DNA from: Candidatus Hadarchaeota archaeon
Lineage (GTDB): Archaea > CAYQAE01 > CAYVLA01
Length of the DNA: 64,000 nt
Direction: 5' to 3'
Assembly (NCBI GenBank): GCA_964621445.1
Contig: CAZUNO010000002.1
Span: forward strand, 32,001-96,000
The translations under genes were made by a program, and so were the position numbers. The notes under the pieces are model-generated. The model worked only from the letters and a program-made list of their open reading frames with translations, searched no databases and was not told where the DNA came from. Shown here piece by piece: positions 1-10,052 of this stretch (position 1 is the first letter of the stretch; the number at the start of each line of letters is the position of its first letter).

Positions 1-779
1 CCCTCATGCTCACAAAAGTCCACGTCAGAGTTATTGATGTTAACCGCGTTCTCTATCTTCTCCCTCAACCCAGATGATAGAGAGGAATTTGCTATCCTCT
101 TATCACCGGGTGAAGGTGATAGAAACGGGCCAAGGGAGCTCTCCTCCCAGCTGCTGAGATCCCTGGATCGAATGACGTGAGGCTCATATCTTGGACCTGG
201 TTTTGACTCAAGGTATACCATGTAATAATTTTCATCAAAGAAGCGCAAGGCCGGGCAGGCAGTATACTTTTCTCTCGAAAACACATGATTAAATGGCATC
301 ATCTCCCATTCGCGGAGATTCTGTGACTGGGCAAAGAAGATGGTGAATCTCGATCCCACCAATTCTGCCGGCCCTCCCAGCTCCAAAGCCATCACATACC
401 TATTCCCTGACTTGCATACCGATGTATTATAGACCTCCTTATCCCCCAGCTCGAGAGCCGTGACCGAATCCCATTTCGATAGATCCCTGCTCCAAAACAC
501 CCGGATCTCCGAACCGCCGGGCTCATTTGTGCCATAGGCAAACAGCATCGGTCCTTCCACAAATGCGCAGCCAAAATGATAGCCGGGCGCAAATCGTGTC
601 AAGACCTCTCCCGAAGCTGGATCAAGGAATCGGAAATATGATCGTCCGGTGTGGTTTCCGTAATAATTCTCCCTGACGTATTCAAATCGAATTAGACGCT
701 CCTTGTACACCACGGGCGTGGTCTCCACCATATCGCAGTCTATGGTACCCTTCTTGACGATTTCTGGCTTCAAGCCCAT
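1..779 (-). CDS. Beta-propeller glycoside-hydrolase-like protein (partial, runs off the left edge)
   Basis: Not in the ORF track; translated by hand from ATG at 779 (MGLKPEIVKKGTIDCDMVETTPVV...) with no stop before position 1. Repeated S-x-[DN]-L-x-x-W blade motifs (SRDLSKW, SQNLREW, SRDLSSW). Confidence 0.7.
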   Translation of the reverse strand, partial: MGLKPEIVKKGTIDCDMVETTPVVYKERLIRFEYVRENYYGNHTGRSYFRFLDPASGEVLTRFAPGYHFGCAFVEGPMLFAYGTNEPGGSEIRVFWSRDLSKWDSVTALELGDKEVYNTSVCKSGNRYVMALELGGPAELVGSRFTIFFAQSQNLREWEMMPFNHVFSREKYTACPALRFFDENYYMVYLESKPGPRYEPHVIRSRDLSSWEESSLGPFLSPSPGDKRIANSSLSSGLREKIENAVNINNSDVDFCEHE

Positions 780-888
780 GCATCAACTTCTGGAAATTAA
801 CTAATAAAGCCATTGCTTCTCAAAAAGGCAAGCCAAATCATTATTCAGCGTTGATCTGGTTTCAAAGCTACTCAAGGAGGACACGGAA

Positions 889-2061
889 ATGGGAATTAGC
901 ATAGGCGTGGTTGGCCTGGGTTCTTTCGGCTCCAGCTTTGCCCCGCTTTTCAAAAACCACCCGCTGGTTGATAGAATAGCTCTCTGCGACCGGGAGCCGG
1001 AAAGAGTCAAGGCCTTTTCAGAAAGGAATTCATTCCAGGATAAATTCGACCCCTCAGATGCATATTACTCACTTGATGATATAGTGAAGAGCGATCTCGA
1101 CGCCATAGCCCTGATTACCCAGCCATGGCTTCACGCTCCTCAGGCGGTTAAGGTAATGGAATCCGGAAAAAGTGTCTACAGCGCCGTCCCTATCATATCC
1201 TTGCCGTCGGGCAAGGAGATACTCAATTGGTGCGACAGGATCATAAAGACCTGTATAGAAACGGATATGTATTACATGCTGGGAGAGACCACCTACTACA
1301 GACCACAGGCCATGTACTGCCGAAAGCGACGCGAACAGGGGGACTTCGGGGATTTCGTGTATGCTGAAGGTGAATATCTCCACGACATCGATAGCCCAAC
1401 CAGCAGCTTGAGGAAGGTTAGAGCGAGTCGTTTGGCCTCAGCGGCTGGTAGAGAATGGATTCAGACCGAAAAGGAGTATGAAGAGCGGGGAGCGATAACC
1501 GGTCCCATGCACTATCCCACCCACTCCACATCCGGCCCCGTTTCCGTGATGAATGCTCACGCCACCAGGGTTTCAGCCCTGGCATATTATAGCAAACGCG
1601 AGGACGAGTATTTTGGCGGCTCTCCCAGTAACGAGACTGCGCTATTCAAGATGTCCAACGGGGCCCATGTACGTATCTGTGAATACAGGGAGATAGGCCT
1701 TCAGAATCGAGAGATCTTTCGCGTATATGGAAACGAGGGCAGCTTCGAAAATGATACCTGGTGTGACAAGCATTCGTGTACCACTCTGAGCACGGAGGAG
1801 ATGAGGGACCCTCTTCCCCAGGATGTATATGATGCCTTTGCCAGGTACAAACCGGATGACATATACGGCGGTCATGGGGGTTCACACGCCTACTTGGTAA
1901 ACGAGTTCGTCGAGGCCGTACATCAGGACCGCCAGCCGGCCATAAATGCCTGGGAAGCGACAAGATATATGGCCATGGGGGTCATGGCCCATCAATCGGC
2001 ATTGAAGGACGGAAGGGTCTTGGATGTTCCGGACTGGGGAGATGCACCGGCAACCAGCTGA
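889..2061 (+). CDS. Gfo/Idh/MocA-family NAD(P)-dependent oxidoreductase
   Basis: N-terminal Rossmann motif GVVGLGSFG; ITQPWLHAPQ...GKSVYSAVP; AEGEYLH; RBS AAGGAGG upstream. Confidence 0.85.
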   Translation: MGISIGVVGLGSFGSSFAPLFKNHPLVDRIALCDREPERVKAFSERNSFQDKFDPSDAYYSLDDIVKSDLDAIALITQPWLHAPQAVKVMESGKSVYSAVPIISLPSGKEILNWCDRIIKTCIETDMYYMLGETTYYRPQAMYCRKRREQGDFGDFVYAEGEYLHDIDSPTSSLRKVRASRLASAAGREWIQTEKEYEERGAITGPMHYPTHSTSGPVSVMNAHATRVSALAYYSKREDEYFGGSPSNETALFKMSNGAHVRICEYREIGLQNREIFRVYGNEGSFENDTWCDKHSCTTLSTEEMRDPLPQDVYDAFARYKPDDIYGGHGGSHAYLVNEFVEAVHQDRQPAINAWEATRYMAMGVMAHQSALKDGRVLDVPDWGDAPATS

Positions 2062-2104
2062 TAGTTAAGAGTCGCCCGGATGAAGCCATCTAGAGAAGAT
2101 TCCA

Positions 2105-2542
2105 ATGAAGGACTGCATATTTTGCAGGATCGTCGATGGCCAGCAGGAGAGCGAAAGGGTCCTCGAAACGAAACAGGCCCTGGCCTTCCTGGACATAAAT
2201 CCCAGAGCACCGGGCCACACCCTTATAATACCCAAGGATCACGCTCGGACGCTCACCGATCTTGATCCTGACCCCGCCGCCGGGGTCTTCCTTACCACGA
2301 GGCGAATCTGCACCATGATCGAGGACGCCCTAAATCCGGAAGGATTTACCATAGGGATCAATGACGGACCTGAGGCGGGACAGGAAATACCGCATCTACA
2401 CGTGAATGTGATTCCTCGATTTAAGGGAGACGGCGGTACCTCGGTTCACTCCGTTGTCCAAAACCCCCCTGTCAAAGACCTATCAGAGATCGCGGAAAAG
2501 ATAAGAGATGCCGGTTTGTCAGATATAAGTTCCCGGCCCTAA
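2105..2542 (+). CDS. HIT-family nucleotide hydrolase
   Basis: DCIFCRIV start, FLDINPRAPGHTLIIPK, AGQEIPHLHVNVIPR (third histidine of the triad is Asn). Confidence 0.9.
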   Translation: MKDCIFCRIVDGQQESERVLETKQALAFLDINPRAPGHTLIIPKDHARTLTDLDPDPAAGVFLTTRRICTMIEDALNPEGFTIGINDGPEAGQEIPHLHVNVIPRFKGDGGTSVHSVVQNPPVKDLSEIAEKIRDAGLSDISSRP

Positions 2543-2583
2543 ACCGAAAAGATACTTCAGTTCAACCTACTGATAGGAACTCA

Positions 2584-2874
2584 ATGAGTAGCCAGAAGAC
2601 ACTCCTGCTGGACGAGATGTACACTGGCTTCAAGGAATATTTCGAGATAATGGAATGGGAAGTGGTCACCCTGGATGATCTGGACCTCCAGGGAGCCGAT
2701 GATAAAGAAGTAGTGAGATGCGCAAAAGAGAAGGACCTCCTGCTCGTTACCCAGGATCAGAAACCGGCAGAACTAGCTGAAATCACCGGTGTCCCCTTCG
2801 TTTTAATCTCAAAACGTTTGGTGGCGGAATTGATCGATTCCGAGATTCGAAGGAAGTACCCGAATCTGAAATAA
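2584..2874 (+). CDS. DUF5615/Mut7-C-like PIN-domain protein
   Basis: LLLDEM, GADDKEV and LLVTQD motifs of the PIN-like family. Confidence 0.7.
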   Translation: MSSQKTLLLDEMYTGFKEYFEIMEWEVVTLDDLDLQGADDKEVVRCAKEKDLLLVTQDQKPAELAEITGVPFVLISKRLVAELIDSEIRRKYPNLK

Positions 2875-2935
2875 GCTATCCCCGCCTACGGTAGCAGTAG
2901 GTAGATCGATTACCACTTTTTCCCAACCATAAGAG

Positions 2936-5182
2936 ATGCAGATTAAGATGAAAGAAAAGGTAAAACTACTAATTAGCGGATTGCCTGAGAACTCAGGCCC
3001 AGGGGACCTACTCGGTGCTATGGCCAACGATACACGAATCGACGGCAAAGAGGTCGGCAGAATAGATATCAAAGGGTCCGTAGCCACCCTCTCGATTCCC
3101 TCGGGGGCCGCGGACAGCGTGATTGCCAATCTGGATGAGGTCTCCGGAAGACCAGTCACCGTGGCCAGGGCACGATCAAAAAATCTCAAGTCCCATCTCC
3201 TTGGCCTAGCAAGACTGGTGGAGATGGAAAGAGAGGAAGAAATGCGAAGGCACGAAAGGGAAATTCGAAATCTAACTGGTTTTCAGAGGGAAAAAGAGGG
3301 CCGTGCAATTCTCCATCTAAAGGGCAAGGACAAGGGAACCGGCCTGGGTGGGAAATATCTAATCAAGTTCGTCCGCCAGAGGCCCGGTGAGCAGCTTCCG
3401 GATACGGAGATAACCGTAGGTGATCTGGTCATGTTATCCAGAGGGAATCCACTGAAGGCAAATAATCCAACTGGAACCGTTTCCAGCAAGACCAACTATT
3501 CCTTAACCATCGCCTTTGACCGTAAACCTCGCCGTTTCCTCTTTGGAAAGGGGCTAAGGTGCGATCTTTACGTAAACGACATAACCTATCAGCGCCAGCT
3601 TGAGGCCCTTAAGGAGGTTACTTCAAGGGATCAGAGTCGAGACCTGGCCAGCAAGGCTCTGGGACAGGACGGGCTGGAATTCGAGGATCAAGGGAACCTT
3701 CAAATCCTCAACAAGAATCTCAATACTTCGCAAATCGAGGCCGTCCGGAAGGCGCTAGCCGCCAACGACTTCTACCTGATACATGGTCCTCCCGGAACCG
3801 GGAAGACGGTGACCTGCATCGAGGCCGCACGCCAGCTAATCAGGCGAGGAGAGAAAGTTCTATGCACGGCGGACTCAAACACCGCCGTCGATAATCTGGT
3901 TGAACGCCTCGCTGACTGGGGAGAAAACGTGGTTCGGGTTGGTCACCCAGCCCGAGTCACCCCGAACTTGAGGAGCCACACCTTGGATGAGATAATTCAA
4001 AATGACCCCAGCTATATCCAAAGCCAGGAAGCTCGGGAGGCCGCACTAAAGCTCGTCGATGAACAGGGCAAACTGACCCATCCCGGCGGCAGATGGCGCC
4101 GTGGAATGAGCAATGGAAAGATCCTTGCCCTGGCCCGTAGAGGTAAGGGCTCAAGGGGTGTTCCCCCTTCGAGAATTAAGGAGATGGCCAAGTGGATCCA
4201 TCTCAAATCCAAGATAGATGACCTGTTTAACAAGGCGCAGAGGCTTGAGGAGGAAGCAATATCACACGTATTGGAATGGGCGGATGTGATCTGCGCCACG
4301 AACTCCGGTTCAGGCTCCGAATTGATGTCTGACCGGGAATTTAACACCGTGATAATTGACGAGGCAACCCAGGCCACCGAACCCAGCTGTTGGATACCTA
4401 TGGTACGTGCAAATAAAGTGGTGATGGCTGGCGACCATAAGCAGCTACCCCCTACAATACTGAGCCCCGACGCCGAGGGCCTGAGCAAGACCCTTTTTGA
4501 GTCCTTGGTCGAGGTGCACGGAAACCGATGCAGATCCATGCTCAAGATTCAGTACAGGATGCACGAGAAGATCATGCAATTCTCCAACCAGCAGTTCTAC
4601 GATGACCTGCTAGAGGCCGACGAATCCGTCGCCTCCCATACTATCCTTGACCTCCTCCCTGATTCCAAAGTAAGATCTCCAAGTGATTCCCTTGAGAGCC
4701 CGTTGGTCTTTGTGGATACTCGGCATATTGATGGGAACGAGAGGACAAGAACTGGCTCCACATCTAAGGAAAACCCGGTAGAAGCGGAAATAGTTGATTT
4801 CATAACCAGCCAGATTCTCGATCTGGGGATTCTCCAGAGAGATATCGCCGTCATCTCCCCCTATGACGATCAGGTGGATCTTCTGAGAAGACTTATTGGA
4901 ATGGAGGAAATTGAAATAGACACCGTGGATGGATTCCAAGGTAGGGAAAAGGAAGTGGTAATCGTCTCACTTGTCCGGAGCAATTCGCGAAACAGCATCG
5001 GTTTTCTGAATGATATTCGCCGTCTTAATGTTGCGCTCACCAGAGCCAAGAGAAAGCTGATTATCATAGGTGATAGTTCAACCATTACCTCCCACCAAAC
5101 CTACGAACATCTCTTGGAGTATGTCCGTTCCACAGGAAAGGTAATCTCACTCGAAGAGCCCCCAAAGGCTTCAGCGCGGTAA
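2936..5182 (+). CDS. IGHMBP2/Upf1-like SF1 helicase with an N-terminal DbpA-type RNA-binding domain
   Basis: GPPGTGKT, SNTAVDNL, IIDEATQ, GDHKQLPP, QYRM, TVDGFQGREK, RRLNVALTRAK. The N-terminal PGDLLGAMAND...EVGRIDI segment resembles the DbpA RBD. Confidence 0.9.
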   Translation: MQIKMKEKVKLLISGLPENSGPGDLLGAMANDTRIDGKEVGRIDIKGSVATLSIPSGAADSVIANLDEVSGRPVTVARARSKNLKSHLLGLARLVEMEREEEMRRHEREIRNLTGFQREKEGRAILHLKGKDKGTGLGGKYLIKFVRQRPGEQLPDTEITVGDLVMLSRGNPLKANNPTGTVSSKTNYSLTIAFDRKPRRFLFGKGLRCDLYVNDITYQRQLEALKEVTSRDQSRDLASKALGQDGLEFEDQGNLQILNKNLNTSQIEAVRKALAANDFYLIHGPPGTGKTVTCIEAARQLIRRGEKVLCTADSNTAVDNLVERLADWGENVVRVGHPARVTPNLRSHTLDEIIQNDPSYIQSQEAREAALKLVDEQGKLTHPGGRWRRGMSNGKILALARRGKGSRGVPPSRIKEMAKWIHLKSKIDDLFNKAQRLEEEAISHVLEWADVICATNSGSGSELMSDREFNTVIIDEATQATEPSCWIPMVRANKVVMAGDHKQLPPTILSPDAEGLSKTLFESLVEVHGNRCRSMLKIQYRMHEKIMQFSNQQFYDDLLEADESVASHTILDLLPDSKVRSPSDSLESPLVFVDTRHIDGNERTRTGSTSKENPVEAEIVDFITSQILDLGILQRDIAVISPYDDQVDLLRRLIGMEEIEIDTVDGFQGREKEVVIVSLVRSNSRNSIGFLNDIRRLNVALTRAKRKLIIIGDSSTITSHQTYEHLLEYVRSTGKVISLEEPPKASAR

Positions 5183-5239
5183 GTACTGCCCCATCGGTAA
5201 TCGCAAAGCTTATTACCGGTGTAGGTATTTCCCTATGCG

Positions 5240-7555
5240 TTGCCCAGGCCATTCATCCTGAGTTTCCAGGTATTTATCCTAAGTCTGATTTTTGCCAGTG
5301 TATTTCTAGGTACCGGGTTTGGGAAACCCTTTGAGGCAACTCTGGTTCTGGAAACAAAGAACATCTCCATTGGCACCAGGATCGGGAATCCAAATCTTAC
5401 CTTCGCCCTGGAGAATGAATTTGGAGAGGACGTCCAGGGAGCCGCCGGATATCTGACCATGCTGGCAGAAAATAAGACCCTATATGAGAATAATGGATCC
5501 TATTATGCGAATTTAACCGATGTCAGCGCCGGCACCTATGACATAGTTGTCAGACTCCAGAAGGAGGGCTATCATATCCCAGAACTCCGGACCACCTTCT
5601 ACCTGGAATATGAAAGAATCTACCAGGGCTACACAAACCTTACGAGGCTTTCCGGTCTATCATTTACCACCGATCGCCCCGAGGTTTGCACGGCGTCTTT
5701 CAACCAGGAACTGGTGGAAATATCTGTCGTCTACGACAAGTCCAGGATCCCCGTCGTCCACTTCCATCTTGTATTCCCGGAACCCCTGGACCTCTCCCGA
5801 TTCGATCTTGTACGGATCAATATATCCCACCAAAACTGTCCCTCGCTACAAATCGGCCTTCAGGATGACGAGGGCTCAAAGACCATGTTAACCCTGGATA
5901 CGGACGGGGATATGGATGTGAAATGGAAATATCGCGAGGCGACTGACTGGGTTAACTTCAAATCCATCAGCAAACTGGTTTTCCAGACCATGCAGCGGAG
6001 GGATGGAAAGAATCACAGGATTGCCTTGGAAAGCCTGGAATGGGTCAGGAACCCACGGTATATCCACCAATGTCCTCCCACCTTGAAGGATGCCCTCCAA
6101 AACACCCTTTCCCATAGAGCCGATCCGATCTTCGTGCATGGCCCCACCGGCCTACCCTTTGAATTCATCAACCTTTACGAGTACACGGTGCCCTCGGTCA
6201 GCGAGCTTGACATGACCATCGGGAATAATGAGATAGGGGAGGGATTGACCTCTTTCTGGATGTATTACCTGGGCTCGGGAGAGAAATGGGTAGAGGAATT
6301 CCTTCGACAGGCCGCAGTTGCCGAGGCGCGCTACCTGGACCCGGGCGATGGTCTTATCGGTCTCCATCATTATTACAGAAGAACCGGAGAGCTAGACGAT
6401 GACACCCACAATCTAAGGGGATGCAAGTTTCGGGGTGGGCCCGCGGGGGAGAGTTCTGCCCAACATGGTGCAGAGGAGGCCATGTACATGATGTTACCAG
6501 CGGCCTGGATCCTGGGTGAGGAGGAGGCATTGCACGCCCTGGAAAGATATAGCGAAACACTCCTCCAGCTAAATTCTGAACCTGATTTCCTCCATCTTCA
6601 CCTCTACGTGAAGAAGTGTAATGGTGAATGGTATGTCGGGGACTGGAACGGAATGCACGACCAGAAGATGGAAGTCGTTGATCCTGACCCCTCGGCCTTC
6701 ACGGATCTATCCGAGTTCTGGTGGATAACACCCATGCTGGGAACGGCCATTCTGACCGAGAACCAGACGCTGAGAACGCGAATAATCGATCGCTGCCGTC
6801 CAATCCTGGATAACGTTATCCAATACCAGGCGGTTAATGGAGAAATCCCCTTTGTATATACCCTAGACGGATCAAGGGCAATTTTTAACGCCACCGCAAA
6901 GGGCTGGAGCGGGTATAATGTCAACAGCTTCTACGCACGTTCGGCTTACCTCATGCATAACCTGACGGGGGATGAGAAATACCTGCATTCGCTTGAGAGG
7001 ATGTACGACTTCTTCCTTCAGGATGGAACACCGGGCAGTTATCGATTCGCCCCCCAGATTATATTCCATTCCCTGTACACCGGAAATGAGACATTGGCAA
7101 GCCGCCTGGTCCAGGATATAAGATCGCGGTATACTTTGGATAGAATAGAGCATTCCATATTGGATTGTACGTGGCGCCTTTTGCCCTGGATTTTTACCGG
7201 TAACTTAACCGATCTTCAGATCGCGCTCCGGGGGGAAAGCAGATTCAGGACCGAGAACTGGCTAGAGATACCGGGAGGTTCCGGAAGATACCACTACTAT
7301 CCACCCTATGTAGTGGACACCATAGTGGAATGGGGTTGGTGCCCCCTCGATAAATTCGGGAGTGGGATCGAGGATTTCTACGCACTATCTCAATTAGGCC
7401 CCTCTTCGATGGGACTGGTGGAGCGCGACCTATTGACCATGGGTTTTCTGGCCAGGATACCTGATTGTCCGGTCATCTCGTTGGCCCTCCTTGCAATCCT
7501 GGGCGCGTTGCTCAATAGAAATCGATCTAGCGGAAAATTCCGGGGAAAACCATAG
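5240..7555 (+). CDS. Secreted, probably carbohydrate-active surface protein with a C-terminal sorting-like tail
   Basis: Signal peptide, many N-x-S/T sequons, a beta-rich N-terminal part, a helical part with (alpha/alpha)-barrel-like repeats (AYLMHNLTGDEKYL, YTGNETL), and the tail IPDCP-hydrophobic-RNRSSGKFRGK. Confidence 0.6.
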   Translation: MPRPFILSFQVFILSLIFASVFLGTGFGKPFEATLVLETKNISIGTRIGNPNLTFALENEFGEDVQGAAGYLTMLAENKTLYENNGSYYANLTDVSAGTYDIVVRLQKEGYHIPELRTTFYLEYERIYQGYTNLTRLSGLSFTTDRPEVCTASFNQELVEISVVYDKSRIPVVHFHLVFPEPLDLSRFDLVRINISHQNCPSLQIGLQDDEGSKTMLTLDTDGDMDVKWKYREATDWVNFKSISKLVFQTMQRRDGKNHRIALESLEWVRNPRYIHQCPPTLKDALQNTLSHRADPIFVHGPTGLPFEFINLYEYTVPSVSELDMTIGNNEIGEGLTSFWMYYLGSGEKWVEEFLRQAAVAEARYLDPGDGLIGLHHYYRRTGELDDDTHNLRGCKFRGGPAGESSAQHGAEEAMYMMLPAAWILGEEEALHALERYSETLLQLNSEPDFLHLHLYVKKCNGEWYVGDWNGMHDQKMEVVDPDPSAFTDLSEFWWITPMLGTAILTENQTLRTRIIDRCRPILDNVIQYQAVNGEIPFVYTLDGSRAIFNATAKGWSGYNVNSFYARSAYLMHNLTGDEKYLHSLERMYDFFLQDGTPGSYRFAPQIIFHSLYTGNETLASRLVQDIRSRYTLDRIEHSILDCTWRLLPWIFTGNLTDLQIALRGESRFRTENWLEIPGGSGRYHYYPPYVVDTIVEWGWCPLDKFGSGIEDFYALSQLGPSSMGLVERDLLTMGFLARIPDCPVISLALLAILGALLNRNRSSGKFRGKP

Positions 7556-7625
7556 TAACCAACTTTCCAGACCTTCTCGAGTCGTGGTTACATTATTCTT
7601 GAAAGGTCAAGGGGCATAAAAGGGA

Positions 7626-7997
7626 ATGAATCTCACCGATGAGGATATCGAAGAAGCACGGGTCTATCTCGTTAACGAAATGGTGGAGGAAGAATTCCAG
7701 GAAATACTTTACCAAACGGATCTCACTTGTCGTCTCTGTACCCGATGCTGCATAGACTATGGAATCCCTGAGATCTCAAAGCCGGCAGGTGTAAGATGCC
7801 CCTATCTAACCGAGGAGGGATTGTGTGAAATATACCAGGACCGGCCACGGCGCTGCAGGGATTTCCCCCACCTCAAGAATCTAAACTACGTGAAGGCCAA
7901 TAGCCGGTCAATCTTTCACGTGAAGAGCAGCTGTCCAGTTATCACTGAATTCATCGAGAATATTCTGGAAAGGATCAGGGAAATCAAAAAATGCTGA
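7626..7997 (+). CDS. YkgJ-family Cys-cluster (Zn/Fe-chelating) protein
   Basis: CRLCTRCC, CPYL...CEIYQDRPRRCRDFP. Confidence 0.85.
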   Translation: MNLTDEDIEEARVYLVNEMVEEEFQEILYQTDLTCRLCTRCCIDYGIPEISKPAGVRCPYLTEEGLCEIYQDRPRRCRDFPHLKNLNYVKANSRSIFHVKSSCPVITEFIENILERIREIKKC

Positions 7998-8863
7998 GCA
8001 GCCGTTTACCACTCCCGAATGTGATTCGAATGATGGGTAAGGATATTCTTGATCATTTCCTCTCCAGATCTGACTGGGTTGATGGAGAGAATACAGTTGA
8101 CCGGGTAATAGTTGGCGATCCCGAACTCGATTCATCCTCCTGCCTGGTAACCTGGATGCCCTCACTTTCCGCACTCCGCACCATGCATGGAAAGGGCATC
8201 CCCCTCATGATTTGTCATGAACCGGTATTCTGGAATCACCACGATCAGAGCCCCGGTTCCAGCCCCCAATCATCACGAAAATTGAACTACATCCAGGACC
8301 GCGAGCTAACAATAGTGAGGATTCATGATTGCTGGGATAGATGGCCGGAAGCCGGAATTCCCTTTGCATGGGCTCGATTCCTGGGTATTGGAACCAAGCC
8401 AGCGAAGATTGGAGCCAACGGCTATCAGCATAGATATGATATCAAGGGGATAGGACTCCGCGAGTTCGCGCTCAAGGTCGCAGATAGGTGCTCAACTATC
8501 GGTGAACCGGTCATCCAAGTAACGGGGGATCCGGGAACCGAAATATCCCGGGTGGGTATAGGGACGGGATGTGCATGTGATATCAATATCTATCTGGAAA
8601 TGGGTTGTGACTGCTCCGTGGTTTGTGACGACGGGTCCTCCTACTGGGCAGGAATCCAGATGGCCAAGGACATGGAACACCCAGTAATTCGAGTGAATCA
8701 TGGAACATCAGAGGAGCCAGGGATGATCTCCCTTACCGGTTATGTAAATGAGAACCTGGAGGGCCTAAACGCGATCCACCTTCCCCATGGCTCGAGCTAC
8801 CGGCCAATGGGATTACTCGAGTCAGGAGCCCACCAAAATTCACGAAGGTTCCCAGGTCCGTGA
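7991..8863 (+). CDS. NIF3-like dinuclear metal-centre protein
   Basis: ICHEPVFW, RIHDCWD and NHGTSEEPG motifs. Confidence 0.75.
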   Translation: MLSSRLPLPNVIRMMGKDILDHFLSRSDWVDGENTVDRVIVGDPELDSSSCLVTWMPSLSALRTMHGKGIPLMICHEPVFWNHHDQSPGSSPQSSRKLNYIQDRELTIVRIHDCWDRWPEAGIPFAWARFLGIGTKPAKIGANGYQHRYDIKGIGLREFALKVADRCSTIGEPVIQVTGDPGTEISRVGIGTGCACDINIYLEMGCDCSVVCDDGSSYWAGIQMAKDMEHPVIRVNHGTSEEPGMISLTGYVNENLEGLNAIHLPHGSSYRPMGLLESGAHQNSRRFPGP

Positions 8864-10027
8864 ATGCTTACCCAGGAATAGGAATATCGATAGGCAAATG
8901 ATCAACGGCAAATAGGGCAACTCCCCAATGATCCCCACATCATCACCATAGGATGCCACGAAAAGTTCGGTGGATCGGGACCCACAGCCGATAAACTCCC
9001 CGGTCCAGGAGGGGCTGACGTCGTATGCGATATCTATATTGGTAGGCACGAAGTCCAACTCCCATAGTAAATCCCCGTTTTTGTCCACTTTGAGAAAATG
9101 GGCCAGCATGGGATAAAGACCAGTAATGCCTCCGGCCACGTAACCTCCTTCCACCTCGGTAACTGAATTAGCCTCATCCCTTTCGGGGGTTCCATATGCC
9201 TTCTCCCAGATCTTATTGCCTTCCTGGTCTATCTTAAGTAGGTAGAAATCCCTTCCTCCTTCCCCAAAAGATTCGGTGAATCCGGCCATGAGATAGCCAC
9301 CATCCTCGGTTGCAATTATGCTATCGGCAACTTCAAAATCATCCCCGCCTTGGCTCTTTTCCCATAGGACCTCCCCTTCCTCATCTATCTTAAACACGTA
9401 GGCATCCCCACCTTTGAAGCCCGCGACAAGGTAGCCAGAGTCCCTGGCGGTGACGATGGAGTTGGCCTGACCCGTGCCATAGGTTCTGTTCCAGACAATT
9501 TCCCCGGCCGAATTCAGCTTTAACAGGTATATATCCACATTAAGCCTCTGATAGAGCGAATAACCGGCCAGAATGAAACCACCGTCCCCGGTCTGTACGA
9601 TGGACCTCCCATACTCCTCATTCTCCCGCTCGATTACCCTCTGCCAAATCATCTCTCCCGATTCATCGGTTCTTACCACGGAGATATCTAAACGATCATC
9701 GTCCACGCCACTACCGGCCGAGATCCCACACATGATATACCCGTCCTCCAATGGCAATAAGTCAAAGGCGGAATTCTTTTTTTCCTCAACCGGATAGTAG
9801 CTTCTATTCCATATCACGTTTCCCATTTCGTCCAACTTGACCAGGATATATTCTTTATCTGATCCAGTGCCCGCGAAAACGTAGCCATTATCAATGGCCC
9901 TGGTAATTGACCTGGCCTCAGAGCCATTCAAAGAGATATTCCATAGCTGCTGTGGCAGCCCCATTGCCGGGATGCAGAGCATTACCATAAACGACAGCGC
10001 TAGTATTCCTTTCTTAAAGAAAGACAT
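8840..10027 (-). CDS. Secreted beta-propeller repeat protein with a C-terminal sorting-like tail
   Basis: Probable start MSFFKKGILALSF (signal peptide). About 7 repeats of SI..T.DGGY..AG...D.YLLK.D..G...W. Tail IGELP-hydrophobic-GKHSR. Confidence 0.75.
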   Translation of the reverse strand: MSFFKKGILALSFMVMLCIPAMGLPQQLWNISLNGSEARSITRAIDNGYVFAGTGSDKEYILVKLDEMGNVIWNRSYYPVEEKKNSAFDLLPLEDGYIMCGISAGSGVDDDRLDISVVRTDESGEMIWQRVIERENEEYGRSIVQTGDGGFILAGYSLYQRLNVDIYLLKLNSAGEIVWNRTYGTGQANSIVTARDSGYLVAGFKGGDAYVFKIDEEGEVLWEKSQGGDDFEVADSIIATEDGGYLMAGFTESFGEGGRDFYLLKIDQEGNKIWEKAYGTPERDEANSVTEVEGGYVAGGITGLYPMLAHFLKVDKNGDLLWELDFVPTNIDIAYDVSPSWTGEFIGCGSRSTELFVASYGDDVGIIGELPYLPLIICLSIFLFLGKHSRTWEPS

Positions 10028-10052
10028 GCCTCTGGCCGTCTGGCAATTATTT

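Noticed and set aside
2584-2874. PIN-like gene as a toxin-antitoxin module
   Set aside because: No adjacent DUF433 or other antitoxin-like ORF.
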